From: Macrostomum lignano
Taxonomy: Eukaryota
Direction: 5' to 3'
Assembly (NCBI GenBank): GCA_002269645.1
Contig: NIVC01001756.1
Coordinates: 1-64,000, forward strand
DNA length: 64,000 bases
Shown piece after piece: positions 35,695 to 48,200 of the stretch; the stretch's first letter is position 1, and each line of letters starts with the position of its first letter. The notes beneath the pieces are model-generated. The model was not told the origin of the DNA, ran no database searches, and worked only from the letters and a program-made list of their open reading frames with translations. Position numbers and translations under genes: made by a program.

Positions 35695-37712
35695 AAGCGA
35701 CTGTGAACTTAATCGATGTCAAGTCTAGCTCATCTAGAAGTGCTCGCACATTTGCATAGTTCTCCTGGACATCCTCAGCAATTGCGATGATAAACAGTTT
35801 TTTTACGCCAAAGTTGCTTATTTGTGACTCCCTGCTCAGCTTCTTAGGTGTTGACTCTGCCTGTTGTTCAGTAGGCAGTAGCTCGTACTGGGGCGACACT
35901 AAGGCAGATTTTTAGCGAGCCACCACCTCCATCCATCCCCAGCTTCAATCTCACATCGATCTCACTAAATCCTCGCTTTGAGCAAATGAAGCTCAGCAGG
36001 CCCTGCAGATTGGGGCATATGACGGAACATCTTGTGGTATCAGTAAAGCTGCCACCTGAGGACCAGTCTTCCCACTAGCTGCGGAATTTCCGCAGTGAGG
36101 AAATTTTAAGTAGACCTGCGGAAAATCAAGGGGATTTTCGTACTCTACGGAAATTTTTCATTTCTGAATTTGCTCTCATGTTATACCCCAATACCCCAAT
36201 ACTGACTACTGGTTCGGTTTGTTGTTCAATATCTTTGTGGAAATTGTTATGCTGCGATTTTGTTGCACTGTTCTTGTGATTTTCTGATTTTCTATACTCG
36301 ATCCAGACTACCTGATGTCATCTGATCACCGTCACCTTTATTGTATCCCTGCCCTTCCTGTCTTCTCCCTTCCTGTCCTTTCCCTTCCTGTTCCTCTCCC
36401 TTCCTGTCCTGTCCTCTCCCTTCCTGTCCTATCCTCTCCCTTCCTTTCCTGTCCTCTCCTTTTCTGTCCCTCTCCCTTCCTTTCCTGTCCCTGTGCTTTC
36501 CTCGTACCAAGATTTCTGAGCATACAGAATGGAATTTGCTTATCCATTCACCTGCGCGCTTGCGGCTTGCATGCATTCACAGCTAGCTGCATCAGTTGCA
36601 GCGAGATGAAGTTTTAGCTCAAAACTGGCTTAGGGGGGTCATCTGAACCAGCGCAAAACAGCCTTGGGTAGGGCGTTTGTGAACCTAAAAAGTAGTAAAA
36701 ATTGTGTCTAGCTTCATTTTTAGGGCTTGCATTGGTTAGGACATATTTTTCTACCCTGCGGAATTTCTCTTATGCTGCGGAAGAAAAATGGGCAAAGTGT
36801 GGCGTGGCAACACTGCTGAGGACTTTTGAGTGAATTTGAGCTGCCGCATCTCAAAAAAACTCTCCGCGATGCTGCCTGCGGCTGCCTGCGGCTGCCCGCA
36901 GTCCGGGTTGCACGGCCTTACGACTGCCTGATAATTGTGGCTGCCATGTTTGTCTGCCGGTCACTCAGATCGAGAGATGTCTTTAACGTTACTAGTGTCT
37001 CTGTCCTCAGCGCTCTCTGCTCATTTGAATCATTTGCATGCCTCAGCTGCATTGGTGGGCCACCGGTGGCACTGGAAATAGAAGCCATTGATCCATGTCC
37101 TGATGCTGCTGCTGCTCTTAGCTTTTCACGCATTACGTCATGAGCGATGTGCTCTTTTGATGTAGGGCTGAGCGCGCGCAGGTACTGCAACTTGCTGGAG
37201 ACGCTGCACTCGTGCCTCAGGCCTTTGCCCACCTAGCACCTAGTGCAGCGCTTCTCCGAGTCTCTTTCCTGGCTTCGAGTTGTTTCTGCATATGCAGGTC
37301 GTCCTTGGGGCAATTTATGGTTGGCCCGGCTGCTGTCAGGCATGTATGGGTGCCAGACCGCCACTCGCTTGTTTGATGGGCTGGAAACCACCTGGCAGAT
37401 ACAGCAGGAGCAGTGCGGATGCTCACGTGTGAGTTGTGGCAAAACCTTTAAGTCTGCAACAATTTGAAGGTATGGCAGTCGAGCAGGCAGTTCTTGTGGT
37501 ACAGGTGACGTCTGTGACTGCAATTTCTTGCTGCAGCAGCTGCACATGCCTCCTGGCAGAGTATTACGGATGTAGGCATGACAGAATTCTGGCAGGATAA
37601 ATTGCTCGATGAGTTCTGCCTGAGCAGCTGAAATAACGCGATCGGCTTTGCGGAAGCAGAGGATGCAGCACCAGATACGATTCTCTTCATGTGTGCGTCG
37701 AAAGTTTGGCAT
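35695..37712 (-). mobile_element. Decayed Chapaev (CMC superfamily) DNA transposon: transposase pseudogene, 3'-truncated
   Basis: N-terminal Chapa-type zinc motif H-x7-C-x2-C-x37-C-x2-C-x40-C-x-C-x2-C (THEENRIWCCILC...LPGGMCSCC...HCSCCIC) from ATG 37712; core motifs LKLGMDGGGGSLK and GVKKLFIIAIAEDVQENYANVRALLDEL..FTVAC; several stops and frameshifts; interrupted at 36064-36815. Possible 5' terminus CACG at ~38225 is unconfirmed. Confidence 0.8.
36064..36815. mobile_element. 752-bp non-autonomous DNA element (hAT/P-like) with 8-bp TSD CTGAGGAC
   Basis: TSD at 36056-36063 and 36816-36823; termini CAGTCTTCCCAC / rc CAGTGTTGCCAC (10/12 identical); subterminal TGCGGAA motifs at both ends; removing it rejoins the Chapaev frame (TQKSS/GGSF). 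Confidence 0.85.
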
Positions 37713-38904
37713 GGCGAGGCCAGAGAACTGATTTTGAGTACTGACGGTAATTGTCTCAATTGACTGCAACTTTATTTTCAAAGGAAGTCTGCGTGTTAGC
37801 AAACTTGTGATAAGAGGCATGTTCTACTTTTATGAATGTACATAGTCTGTTCATTGTTTCTCAATCCCTTAATCACAATAGATCTCAATAAATATGTACA
37901 TTTGAGTTGTCTGCCAAAATTTCTATCTAATAATGTACAGCATTTTATGACGCCCTTAAATTTATGCTCTAAACTTTGCAATTGATGTCTGCTCTTGTTA
38001 CGCAATTGTTTTCACTACTTGCAATGGCGCAACTGACGAATCTATTACTGAACATGCAGCTGAGAACACATAATTTCAATTTTCCATTCTATTATTTTAG
38101 GACAAGGCGATTAGATTTGTAAATATGACACTGTTTTTAAATCTGCATGGGTCATTGGGGCTGGGAAAAGCATCCGTTTCTTTGGGAATTTTCTTTCCCC
38201 TTTTTTCAGCTTCTGCATAGGCGTGGTTGAAGAATAAAAAAATTAACAAATAATTTAAAAAGCTTTCAGGCGCAGGCAGTTACAGAAAAGTACAGTGAGT
38301 AGCATTGAGAATTTCGTTTATTTCATGCATGTCTGTAGAAAGCTACATCTTGTAGACTACTTACTGGTACTATTATTATTAAGTAAGCTTTTTATAGTAC
38401 AGATTTAGGATTAGGCATTACATGTACAATCAAGCTAATATAATTAACAGACTAGAGACACCTGTTCATAAATGAAATCAAATCCAGCAGTAAAAGGACG
38501 CATCATTATCGAGAGAAAATTGCAGGATAACGAGTGCAATAAATTATAGTATACGATGTGTACAAGAGTAAAGCGGGAAGATGTGTAACTCGTGTACATG
38601 ATATGTAATAAAAACTGATAAATTTTTTATTACTAATAGTAATATTAGTACGCTGACACAGTTTGTACAATCAACTTGAAAAATACAATATTTTGGCACT
38701 AAAAAGCCTTCGACAATGGAATAGGCATTACCACTTTTTCTAAGACACTAAAATTTTCATTCAATTAGACTTATACATCTAAGGATAATAAGTGCTCAAA
38801 TTTCATCGCCAAGGCTAAACATTACATTAATACGACTATTAAGGCTAACTGGAAAATTTAATTCAAAAACATTTTTAATGCAGGTGCAACTGGAAATTTT
38901 CACT

Positions 38905-39237
38905 TAAGAATGAAAGGAAAATTCCACTCTCAAGGATGAATGGAAAATTTCACTCTCAAGGATGAATGGAAAATTCTACTCCAAGGATGTTAAGGATGAA
39001 TGGAAAATCCCACTCTCAAGGATGAATGGAAAATCCCAATCTGAAGAATGAATGGCAAATTCCACTCTCAAGGATGAATGGAAAATTCCAATCTGAAGAA
39101 TGAATGGCAAATTCCACTCTCAAGGATGAATGGAAAATTCCAATCTGAAGAATGAATGGCAAATTCCACTCTCAAGGATGAATGGAAAATTCCACTCTCT
39201 AGGATGAATGGAAAATTCCACTCTCAAGGATGAATGC
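38905..39237. repeat. 26-bp minisatellite (AAGGATGAATGGAAAATTCCACTCTC)n
   Basis: About 12 units, each with a near-palindromic TGGAAAATTCCA core. Confidence 0.92.
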
Positions 39238-39389
39238 AAGTATATATCTGTACAGAAAATTTAAAATTGAAAATCCCGCTGAAAAAGGATGAAAAATGAT
39301 ATACCAATTAATCGAACAAGTGTTAAATTTTTGAACACAGAAAGACAACCATCGCTATGTCGGTAAGATCAAATGTCTTTTAAACCCAT

Positions 39390-41073
39390 CTAGAATGGAA
39401 ACTTAAAAGCGGCCACCGCAGCAGCTGCCGCGGCTGCAGTCGAGGACGATACTCCTCCACCGACATCGCCGACCTCGTCGCTAGCGGCGGCGTTATCTTT
39501 GCTAGTGCCGGCGCCGACGTCGCCAGCCTGCCTATCCTGCTGCTCGTGCTTACTAAGATGCTTAGCCAAATAAGTCTCAGAATTGTAAGCCTTGTTGCAG
39601 ATCCTACACAGCAGCACCCGGCTGTACCTGTTGGCGCCGTGCTTTGCAGCCGTGTGCGTGTCCAAATCGTCGCGAGTGTCAAAGCAGGCCCGACAGGCGG
39701 CGCACCTGTGCGGCTTGTCGCGCTGATGCTGGCGCTGGTGACTCTGCAGGTTGCTCATCTGGGCGAATGTTTTGGCGCAGTGACAGCAACGATAGGGCCG
39801 GTCACCAGTGTGCACCCGTTCGTGCTGCTGCACATGAGACAGCTGGGTGAATCGCTTGTCGCAGAATTTGCAACCGTACGGCCTCAGACCGGTGTGAATT
39901 CGCCTGTGCTGGCCCAGGTAGGCAGCTGTAGCGAACTGCCTGCCGCAGGTGTCGCATTGGTGCGGCCTGGCGTCAGTTTTGTGCGCCGCACTGTTGTGCT
40001 GTTGCAGATCCTGCTTGCTGAAGCAGAGCTGCGGTTGGCGTGTGGTGAATGGGGAGGAGGCAGGGAATGTATTGTAGCTTGGAAAAAGCCGGGTTCCAAA
40101 TATTAAACACTGTATTCGCATTCGATCGATTTGAAGTAATAATCAAAATTAGCATATCCAACAAGGACTACTCAAGTAGGACGGGAAACTAAACTTATTG
40201 CTTTTGATAGCAGGCAGACCCAATGTTCATATTTTGACATGCTGACATTCGATATAAAAGCAAATACAAATCTTATGCTAAAAAATGAAAACCTCCATTC
40301 TCCGTAATTTTTCGGTAAAAAATGCCTCCTAAAATTTTCCAAAGAAACGTAGTTTCCTGCCCTACTTTGAGTAGTTCTTGAGTATATCCTATAGAATTTA
40401 TAGAATTTAGGCTCTAAGAGGTTTAAATTAGTAACTAGCTCGTATAAATAGACATCAAAGCCTTAAGCCAGCATATTACTTGAACTTAGCACTACTTAGC
40501 ATTGGCCCCAATTGGCTAGTCAAGGAAACAGCTAGTGATCAGCTATGTCACCGGTTCCTGAATCTATCGATCTTCGCTATTGGCTGTCAACTAATAAACG
40601 CTCACCTGCTGACAGATCTTGCACTTAAATCCACAAAAGGATTGCTCCTCCTGCTGCTGCTGTGTCACTGGCTTCTCATTCGCTGAGCTATTCCTTGTCA
40701 GAGTAGAATTCTGAGCCAGTGGCGGCGGCGCAGACTGTTGAACAGCAGAGGAAACGGGCTGCCGTTGTTGGTCATCACTAGGCGACGGAGCCTGCTGTTG
40801 CTGCTGCTGGCCATAGGCGGCTCCGCTAAATGGATTATACAATTGTTCATATCTGCTGCCACTTTGGGCCTGATAGACAGCGGCGGCAGCGTGATAGGAG
40901 CCCAATGGCCACCAGAATGATGGCGGCTGTGGTGTTGGTGGCAGGTGTTGATGAGGCGACATTGGTACTGGATGATGCTGATGAGGTGGCGGCCCAGCAT
41001 TGGGCTGACTATGAGCTGGAGTTCCATTCATAATAGCAGAGTGATGATGCTGCCCAGACTTTGCCAATTGATG
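39390..41073 (-). CDS. ZNF384: C2H2 zinc-finger transcription factor, ZNF384/ZNF362/rotund/lin-29 family, 6 fingers
   Basis: Exons 41073-40606 (first ATG 41031, acceptor at 41074) and 40028-39390, phase 0. Finger signatures AYLGQHRRIHTG, FTQLSHVQQHERVHTGDRPY, QMSNLQSHQRQH..DKP and AYNSETYLAKH match this family from memory; Q/P/H-rich N-terminus. An upstream exon may exist. Confidence 0.88.
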
Positions 41074-42989
41074 CTGTAAGTTAAAATTGTTTTAATTGTA
41101 ACAAGTATGACTATGAGTAGACACATTGTTTAAAAGGTTATTTACTTGAATATTTATTACAATTGCTCCCTCTAAATGCAAGCTTTTGGCATAGCTGCAC
41201 AAAGCTTTTATATTCCTATATATTAGTTGACAGATTTTGAGCTATACCTATAAACATAAATATTTTCTAGATTCTTTTAATATCTATAAATAACAATGAC
41301 ATGAGAAAAACTGGCATGTACAATGTACTTACAATTGCATTTACTTTAATTTTTAAATAACAAAAAATCAGGTGTATTCTAAAAAATCTTTCTATAAATC
41401 AAGGCTTAGACAATTTGGTTTTTTATTAGTATAGGCCTAGATCTAATTCAATATGAATAGACTAAGATTGGTACTAAGAAAATCACTAGTTTAATGTAGA
41501 CCTAAATAGGTTTATTTGCCATTATACTAACAATCTACTAGGTAAAACTAATAGTTTTTATAATTAAATTGCTCATTCATCTTATCAATCTTTATTCATT
41601 CATTCTAATTGTAGCCTAAGCTTTTGCCAAGAATTTTAGGTTGTTATTGCTAATATGGCAATTACTATTACCTATGCCCCTATCATATATATATATATTG
41701 CTCGTAAATTGCAGAAAGCTTCAAGCCTTAGGCCTAGCATAGATTCTTATGAAATTTTTATTTGTTGTTTTTTGTTTTGATTTAGACCTATGTTCATATA
41801 ATCTCCAACTGCAACTAGCTAGGCTTAGGTTCTATGTACTGCACTAGATTTATAGGTCTAGGTCATTCCCATAAACTATAACTATCAACTCTTACTTATT
41901 AGTCTAAGGGCCTATTTGAACTTGATTAGGCCTTATTTGAGCAAAGAAAAAGGACCAATTTCATAAGGCATTGCTACTACCATTTAAAAGGTACTTAGGC
42001 CCTAGCTACTAGGCCCTAATTGGCTTTTGTTTTTTGAGTTTAATAGTCATATTCTAATTTTTACCAATCTATTAACTTTTGGCTTCACAAGCTTAGCAGT
42101 GGGATAGGATAAAAGGAGTTTCTAAGCAATGTCAATACTCTATACTCTATGGTCAAAAGGCTTGGTTTTTATAGTAGACTACAAATTTGTGGTTTTATAA
42201 TAGGCCTAGCAGTTTGTTTAGCTAAAAACAAAACTTTACCTGCTAAAGTTTAGCATTTCAAGAGTCAGCTAAGATAAGAATGGAGATTTTACTATTTGAC
42301 ACATTTCAAAATTAGCTGATATTTTGGTCAAAAATTATTGGCCAAGAGAGTTTAAAGATCACATTAATTATGATGCAATAATGACTTCAAATAGTATTTC
42401 CAAATGAATCTAAAAATATGATAAATTTAACTTTCTAGTAGATCATATTGCCATTGGCCCAGGCCCCAGAGTTGGAATACAATGCCCCAAGCCAAGAAGT
42501 AAAAGTCTGATTTTATATGAGCATTGAGCTAACATTGACTTGCTCAGTCCATTGGACTCCATGATAGATCTAATCTTTTCCTATGCCTACACCTTTTTTC
42601 TTCTATTTCTTTGCCTCAAAAATGTTAGAAAAACTTCCAAACATTGACTTGCAAGCTCCCATTGAGGATAAAGAAGTTTCTTCTGTTCTATAGTATCGGT
42701 ACCATTTTAATTCAATCAAAGCCACAAAAAGCCACTTCATAGGGCCTAGCCCTAGGTTTATTCAATTTTTACCTTCTTATGTTCCTGCCACAAAGATGTT
42801 TGTTTATGGCACAACCCTACTGCTAACTAGCAGCTGCTATTAAGCTAAGCAGCTCAGAGATGAAACCAAAACTTCTTAACTATTGGTTAGCTGCTGCTGC
42901 TGAAGCACTTCATGTGCTTCACGAAATTGGTCCCACTCCCAGGGGTTGTAGGCTTAGTTGTAGGCTAAGAAGTTGTAATCGTTGTTAAG

Positions 42990-43630
42990 CATGTTTGAAA
43001 ATAAATATTAAAAAAACTAATGACTTTTTACTAAAATGATCATCATGCTTACCGGCATGAGCATTAAGAAGCTATTGATCAAATTCCACCCCATGTACCG
43101 CTTGCCTAGGCTGCTATGTTGTCTTGTCCGCCGTTGGTTAGTATTACGACGACTGGCCAGTTTTTTTTAAAGAAAAAGCACAAACATGTAACGATGATAC
43201 TCTTACTCTGTTTTTAAGTATTTTAGCACTTTATCTCTCGCAAGGGTTTTAGCAGCTGCTAATAATGGCACATTGCAGGTATTTGTTATGATTTTACATA
43301 TTACAAAATTTGAGATCCTATTTTTCTTCGAACCACCAGATGATAATCAGCGTCATTAAGTTGAGTTGAAGGAGCAAATATACGTCAAAAAGTAACATTG
43401 CTTGATAATTGTAATATCAATAGTATCTAGTATTTCTCTATTGTAAGATCTATCTAAGCCTATCTCTTTTTCACCAACTTTCTTGTTATATGCTGCCACG
43501 AATAGCATTTGCATAGCATAAATTTTTGTCAGGGCCTAATGCAATCTGCTGCAGCTGCAATTGATAATAATGGCTAGAGTTCCGGCACCGGAACCCGTTT
43601 TCTAATGCTCCAGATCCGGCAGTCTTCTGC
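42990..43630. promoter_or_regulatory. Probable bidirectional promoter core (ZNF / WDR7), CpG-retaining island
   Basis: About 16 CpGs in ~640 bp, flanked on both sides by ~1.8-kb zones with 1-3 CpGs; lies between divergent genes. Inference; no TSS data. Confidence 0.45.
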
Positions 43631-43874
43631 AGGCAGTTATCTACTAATGAATTCTTTGAACATTAGAAGTATCTTGTTTTGAATCTCATCATTTTTTATC
43701 TCATCTTGTTGAACAAAATCTCAATATCAACCACCATTTAAAAAGTAAAATGTTTCTGCTATATTGTACCCATAAATTGCACTACTAGAATACCACTGCC
43801 AGATCCATAGCTATTAGTGTTAGAAAATGGGTTCTGGTGCCAAAACTCTAGCCATTGCTGCAATAATGCAATTG
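43557..43874. mobile_element. MITE-like element with ~70-bp inverted arms
   Basis: Left arm 43557-43623 and right arm 43795-43874 are reverse complements (aatggctagagtt..ggcacc.gaaccc.ttttctaa). Confidence 0.7.
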
Positions 43875-45246
43875 ATCATGTCATGTTTGCATTGAAGTCA
43901 ATTTTTTACACTGTTAAGGACTGAGGAGGGCAAATGGAGACAATAAACAAATTTTTTTGTTCATTAATTGTCAAACATGGTTCCCATTTTGTCAAAAGGC
44001 TCGTAGTAGAAACAGAATAGCTTATAGGAAAACATAATTAAATAAATTGAATTCATTTAATAAACAACATAAATTTATTTCAAAAAGGTAGCAAGATTAT
44101 TAAGCCTAATGTCAGAAATTTTGGTACCAGGACAGTTTGTTGCCACTTCAAATGGAAGCTTTGCAGTCTTGTAGAGAAGTATTTTTTCAAAAAAATATTT
44201 AGGTTTTATTTTAAAAATAGAATAGTTTATTTATGAATTATGAGCAAATGAGTCTGTGACTATGATGGTGAGTACTATTCCATATATAGCTTATACTATA
44301 CCATTAAATCTCCTTACTTTTTGCTAACAGCTTCTGTTTTATATCTCTATCTCTACAGCCATAGCCTTCTATTTACTAGCCTATATATTGAAAATTAACA
44401 AATCAAAGCAAGACAATTGCTACAAGGCTATGATTTTCATTTGACAAGTATCTTGGCTGTAGGTATTAACTATTTTAGGATTAATTATTGAATTAATATA
44501 CAAAGTGGGGTTGGAATACCAATAGTCAATCCCAAGATTTTTTTATCTTAGACAATTATAATCTTTAGATTTAAGATTAATCAAACTAAGATCCTAAGAT
44601 TTGGATCTCTGATTTATATTTAAGTCTTAGAAAATTTGTTTATTCTTTTACTCTAATAAGAATATACATCTTAAGGTGCAATTATACAAAATAAGAGTAT
44701 ATATAGTTTAATTAATTGGAATTATAAAAATATAAAACATTGATAAAGCTATAATTAAATATTTTTCTGTTTAATTTTAGTCAAGTACATTTTTTTTCTC
44801 ATCAATTTTTAGTATAAACTAGAAGGGTTTGGATATAGATTTATTTAAGATCAGTTATTGTCAATTTATTTTATCCATTTTGTAATTATTTAATAACTTA
44901 TTTGTAGATGATGGTTAATTCCAGGCTATTAAGCATAATGTAATGATAGTATCTAATATTCAAATTCAATAGCTAAAATTAGTTAGACCTATGCTAAAAC
45001 TATACCCTTGTATAGCCAAGATCTAAGCTATATTAGACATCCTTTTTGTTCTAAACAATTATCCTTCCTTATATATAACCTTTATCCCTTATGCACCCCT
45101 CCTACATTTTATATCCTAATACCCCCTTACATGCACCTTGTATCTTTCTTTGCATTATAAAATAGGGATTTGCATATTTTCTTATATTAAAAACTTAACC
45201 ATTTTATTATTTCAGACTTGCAAAAAATAAATATCAAAGATTGAAT

Positions 45247-48200
45247 ATGCTTTCTTCTACTAACTCTGATACCTTCAAGTGTATAGTGCCAGTGACACTA
45301 TGGAGCAAAGAGCCACCTAGTCATTGTATCACATCTATAATACTCATGCCAGAGCACAGCAGTATTGTAACTGGCAGCAGAGAGGGACATATTATTGTCT
45401 GGGATGTTCAGGAACAATGGAAGGTTGGTATTTGTATATAATATAGAGCAATATTCAAATTTATCTTCTTATTAGTAATAATGATCAGGTTTGTAAATTT
45501 AATTATTCTTGTTATCTCTCCCAAACCAACAGCTGAAGCCTGAATTTGTGTACTTCTCGCACAACACCAGCGTTGATGTTCTGTGCGAAGTGTTTGTAAC
45601 GCTGCCAGACTCCACACCAGATTTGGATGGGCATTTTGTTAGTTCCGATGCTAGCGGGTGAGTAGAATTGGTACAGAGGAATGGAGAATGTTAGACAAAG
45701 ACAAAGTAAGGGAGAGAGTAGAAGACCACGTCAGGGAGAGCGAAAGACCAGGTGAGAGAGAGTAGAAGACTAGGTGAGGAGAGAGAGCGGAAGACCAGGC
45801 GAGGGAGAGAGCGGAATACCAGGCGAGGGAGAGAGCGGAAGACCAGGTGAGGGAGAGAGCGGAAGACCAGGTGAAGGAAAGAGCGGAAGACCAGAAGAGG
45901 GAGAGAGTGGAAGACCAGGTGAGGGAGAGAGCGGAATACCAGATGAGGGAGAGAGCGGAAGACCAGAAGAGAGAGAGCGGAAGACCAGAAGAGGGAGAGA
46001 GCGGAAGACCAGAAGAGGGAGAGAGCGGAAGACCAGAGGAGGGAGAGAGCGGAAGACCAGAGGAGGGAGAGAGCGGAAGACCAGAAGAGGGAGAGAGTGG
46101 AAGACCAGGTGAGGGGGAGAACGAGGACCAGGTGAGAGTCAGTTGATGACAGCCATGTGAAGGGAAGAGCAGCAAACATGACTGAAGCACTTAATCAAAG
46201 CAGCAGTAATTTCCAACCGCCAACAGCAAAATGATGCTGTGGAATATGAACGCAGCCACGTGCAAGCTGACCAGACACTCGCAGTTCGTTCACACTGCGA
46301 TCAAGTACTATCAATCAACTTCGTCAAGTACACCCATGCTGCTGTGCTGCGGTCGCTATCCGGACATTCTAGTACTAAATCCGGCCACATTGGATTCATT
46401 GTTCACTTTGTCTTCGCGTAGGAAGCCGCAATGGATGTCCGCTTTTAGCGTGTTCAGCCACCAAGGCTGCAATGGTTCGTGCGCCTTTGTGTGCTTATTG
46501 AGTCCACACCTTCCAATGTACATCCACACCTTCAACCCAAGACCAATGTACACCCCAAAACACCAATCCGAGACCAATGTACACTTAAGACACCAATCCG
46601 AGACAAATGTAAATCACAACTTCAACCCGAGACCAATGTACATCCACAACCCCAACCCGGGCCAATGTACATCCACTACCCCAACTCAGGACCAATGTAC
46701 ACCCACTAACCCAACCCGAGACCAATGTACATCCACACCTTTAGCCTGAGACCAATTTACATCCAAAACATGCACCCGAGACCAATGTACATCCACTACC
46801 CCAACTCAGGACCAATGTACACCCACTAACCCAACCCGAGACCAATGTACATCCACACCTTTAGCCTGAGACCAATTTACATCCAAAACATGAACCCGAG
46901 ACCAATGTACATCCACCCCAACCCGAGACCAATGTACATCCACAACCCCAACCCCGAGACCAATGTACATCCACAACCCCAACCCCGAGACCAATGTACA
47001 ATACATCCACAACCCCATTCGATATTTATTAATTTAGCTAATTGTTCAAATCAATTTTCAGAGGACGTACTATTAGGCATATCCAGCTGTGGTACGGTTT
47101 TCATGTGGACTATTACTGGCGATGAAAAGAAGGTACATAACTATATAGTGGAAATATAATTATCTCTTACATAATTCTGACAGTACTCAGTGCTAAACGA
47201 GAATGTATTTTAATGTTCTGATGTAGTAAGGAGAGGGTCTAAGACCAGTTAAGGGAGAGAGCGGAAGAAGACCAGTTGAGGGAGAGAGCGGAAGAAGATC
47301 AGTTGAGGGAGAGAGCGGAAGAAGCCCAGTTGAGGGAGAGAGCGGAAGAAGACCAGTTGAAGGAGAGAGCGGAAGAAGACCAGTTGAAGGAGAGAGCGGA
47401 AGAAGACCAGTTGAAGGAGAGAGCGGAAAGAGACCAGTTGAGGGAGAGAGCGGAAGATCAGTTGAAGGAGAGAGCGGAAGAAGACTCTTTTCTAGGAAGA
47501 CCAGGCCTTGGAACTTGGCATTTAAATTTCAACTGATGAAGTTACCTCCAACTCGGTGCAATGAATCATAACAATAACGCCAGGGAGGCGTCAAACTCGA
47601 GGACGAATCGAAAACCGTTCGGTGCATGAGCACCCAGGCGATGGCCTGTCACCCAGACAATCCTCGCACGTTGCTGCTGGTGACGCCAAAGTTCTGGCAG
47701 ATTTATGACGCCGTAGACATGTGCCTGCTGGTGTCGCAGGAGGCGCCCAAGGGCACTCGCTGGCAGTCGGGAGATTTTCTAGCCATCAATCGGGTACTGG
47801 TCGGCACTACTGATGGCGAAGCTTACGTTTATCAGCTGCCTGCCGGGTGAGAAGTCAATCAGTTTTGTTTGATTTGTTATTGCTAAACTGATAGTGGAGT
47901 CTGTGAAGTGATCAATCAATGGCTTTTATGGCTGTTTGTTTGATTGTTGAACGTGAAATTATTTTTGATTCGTTGATTTCTTGTTTCATTTCTTTGATTT
48001 AATTAATTTATTAATTACCCTTTCGAATCCGTTTTTCATCCACCAAATCCTCTGATCCTCAGAAACCGGATACTCAGACTCCAGATCCTCAGACCCTCAC
48101 TCTCCAGATCCTCAGACCCTCACTCTCCAGATCCTCAGACCCTCACTCTCCAGATCCTCAGACCCTCACTCTCCAGATCATCAGACCCTCACTCTCCAGA

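Noticed and set aside
35686-36815. Larger composite element bounded by CAGTGTTGC...GCAACACTG
   Set aside because: No TSD at 35686; the 36064-36815 boundaries with a perfect 8-bp TSD explain the right end better.
42773-42992. Alternative genetic code (TAR = Gln)
   Set aside because: The MFS and TMEM218 genes terminate at TAA, and no intact exon here contains an in-frame TAR.
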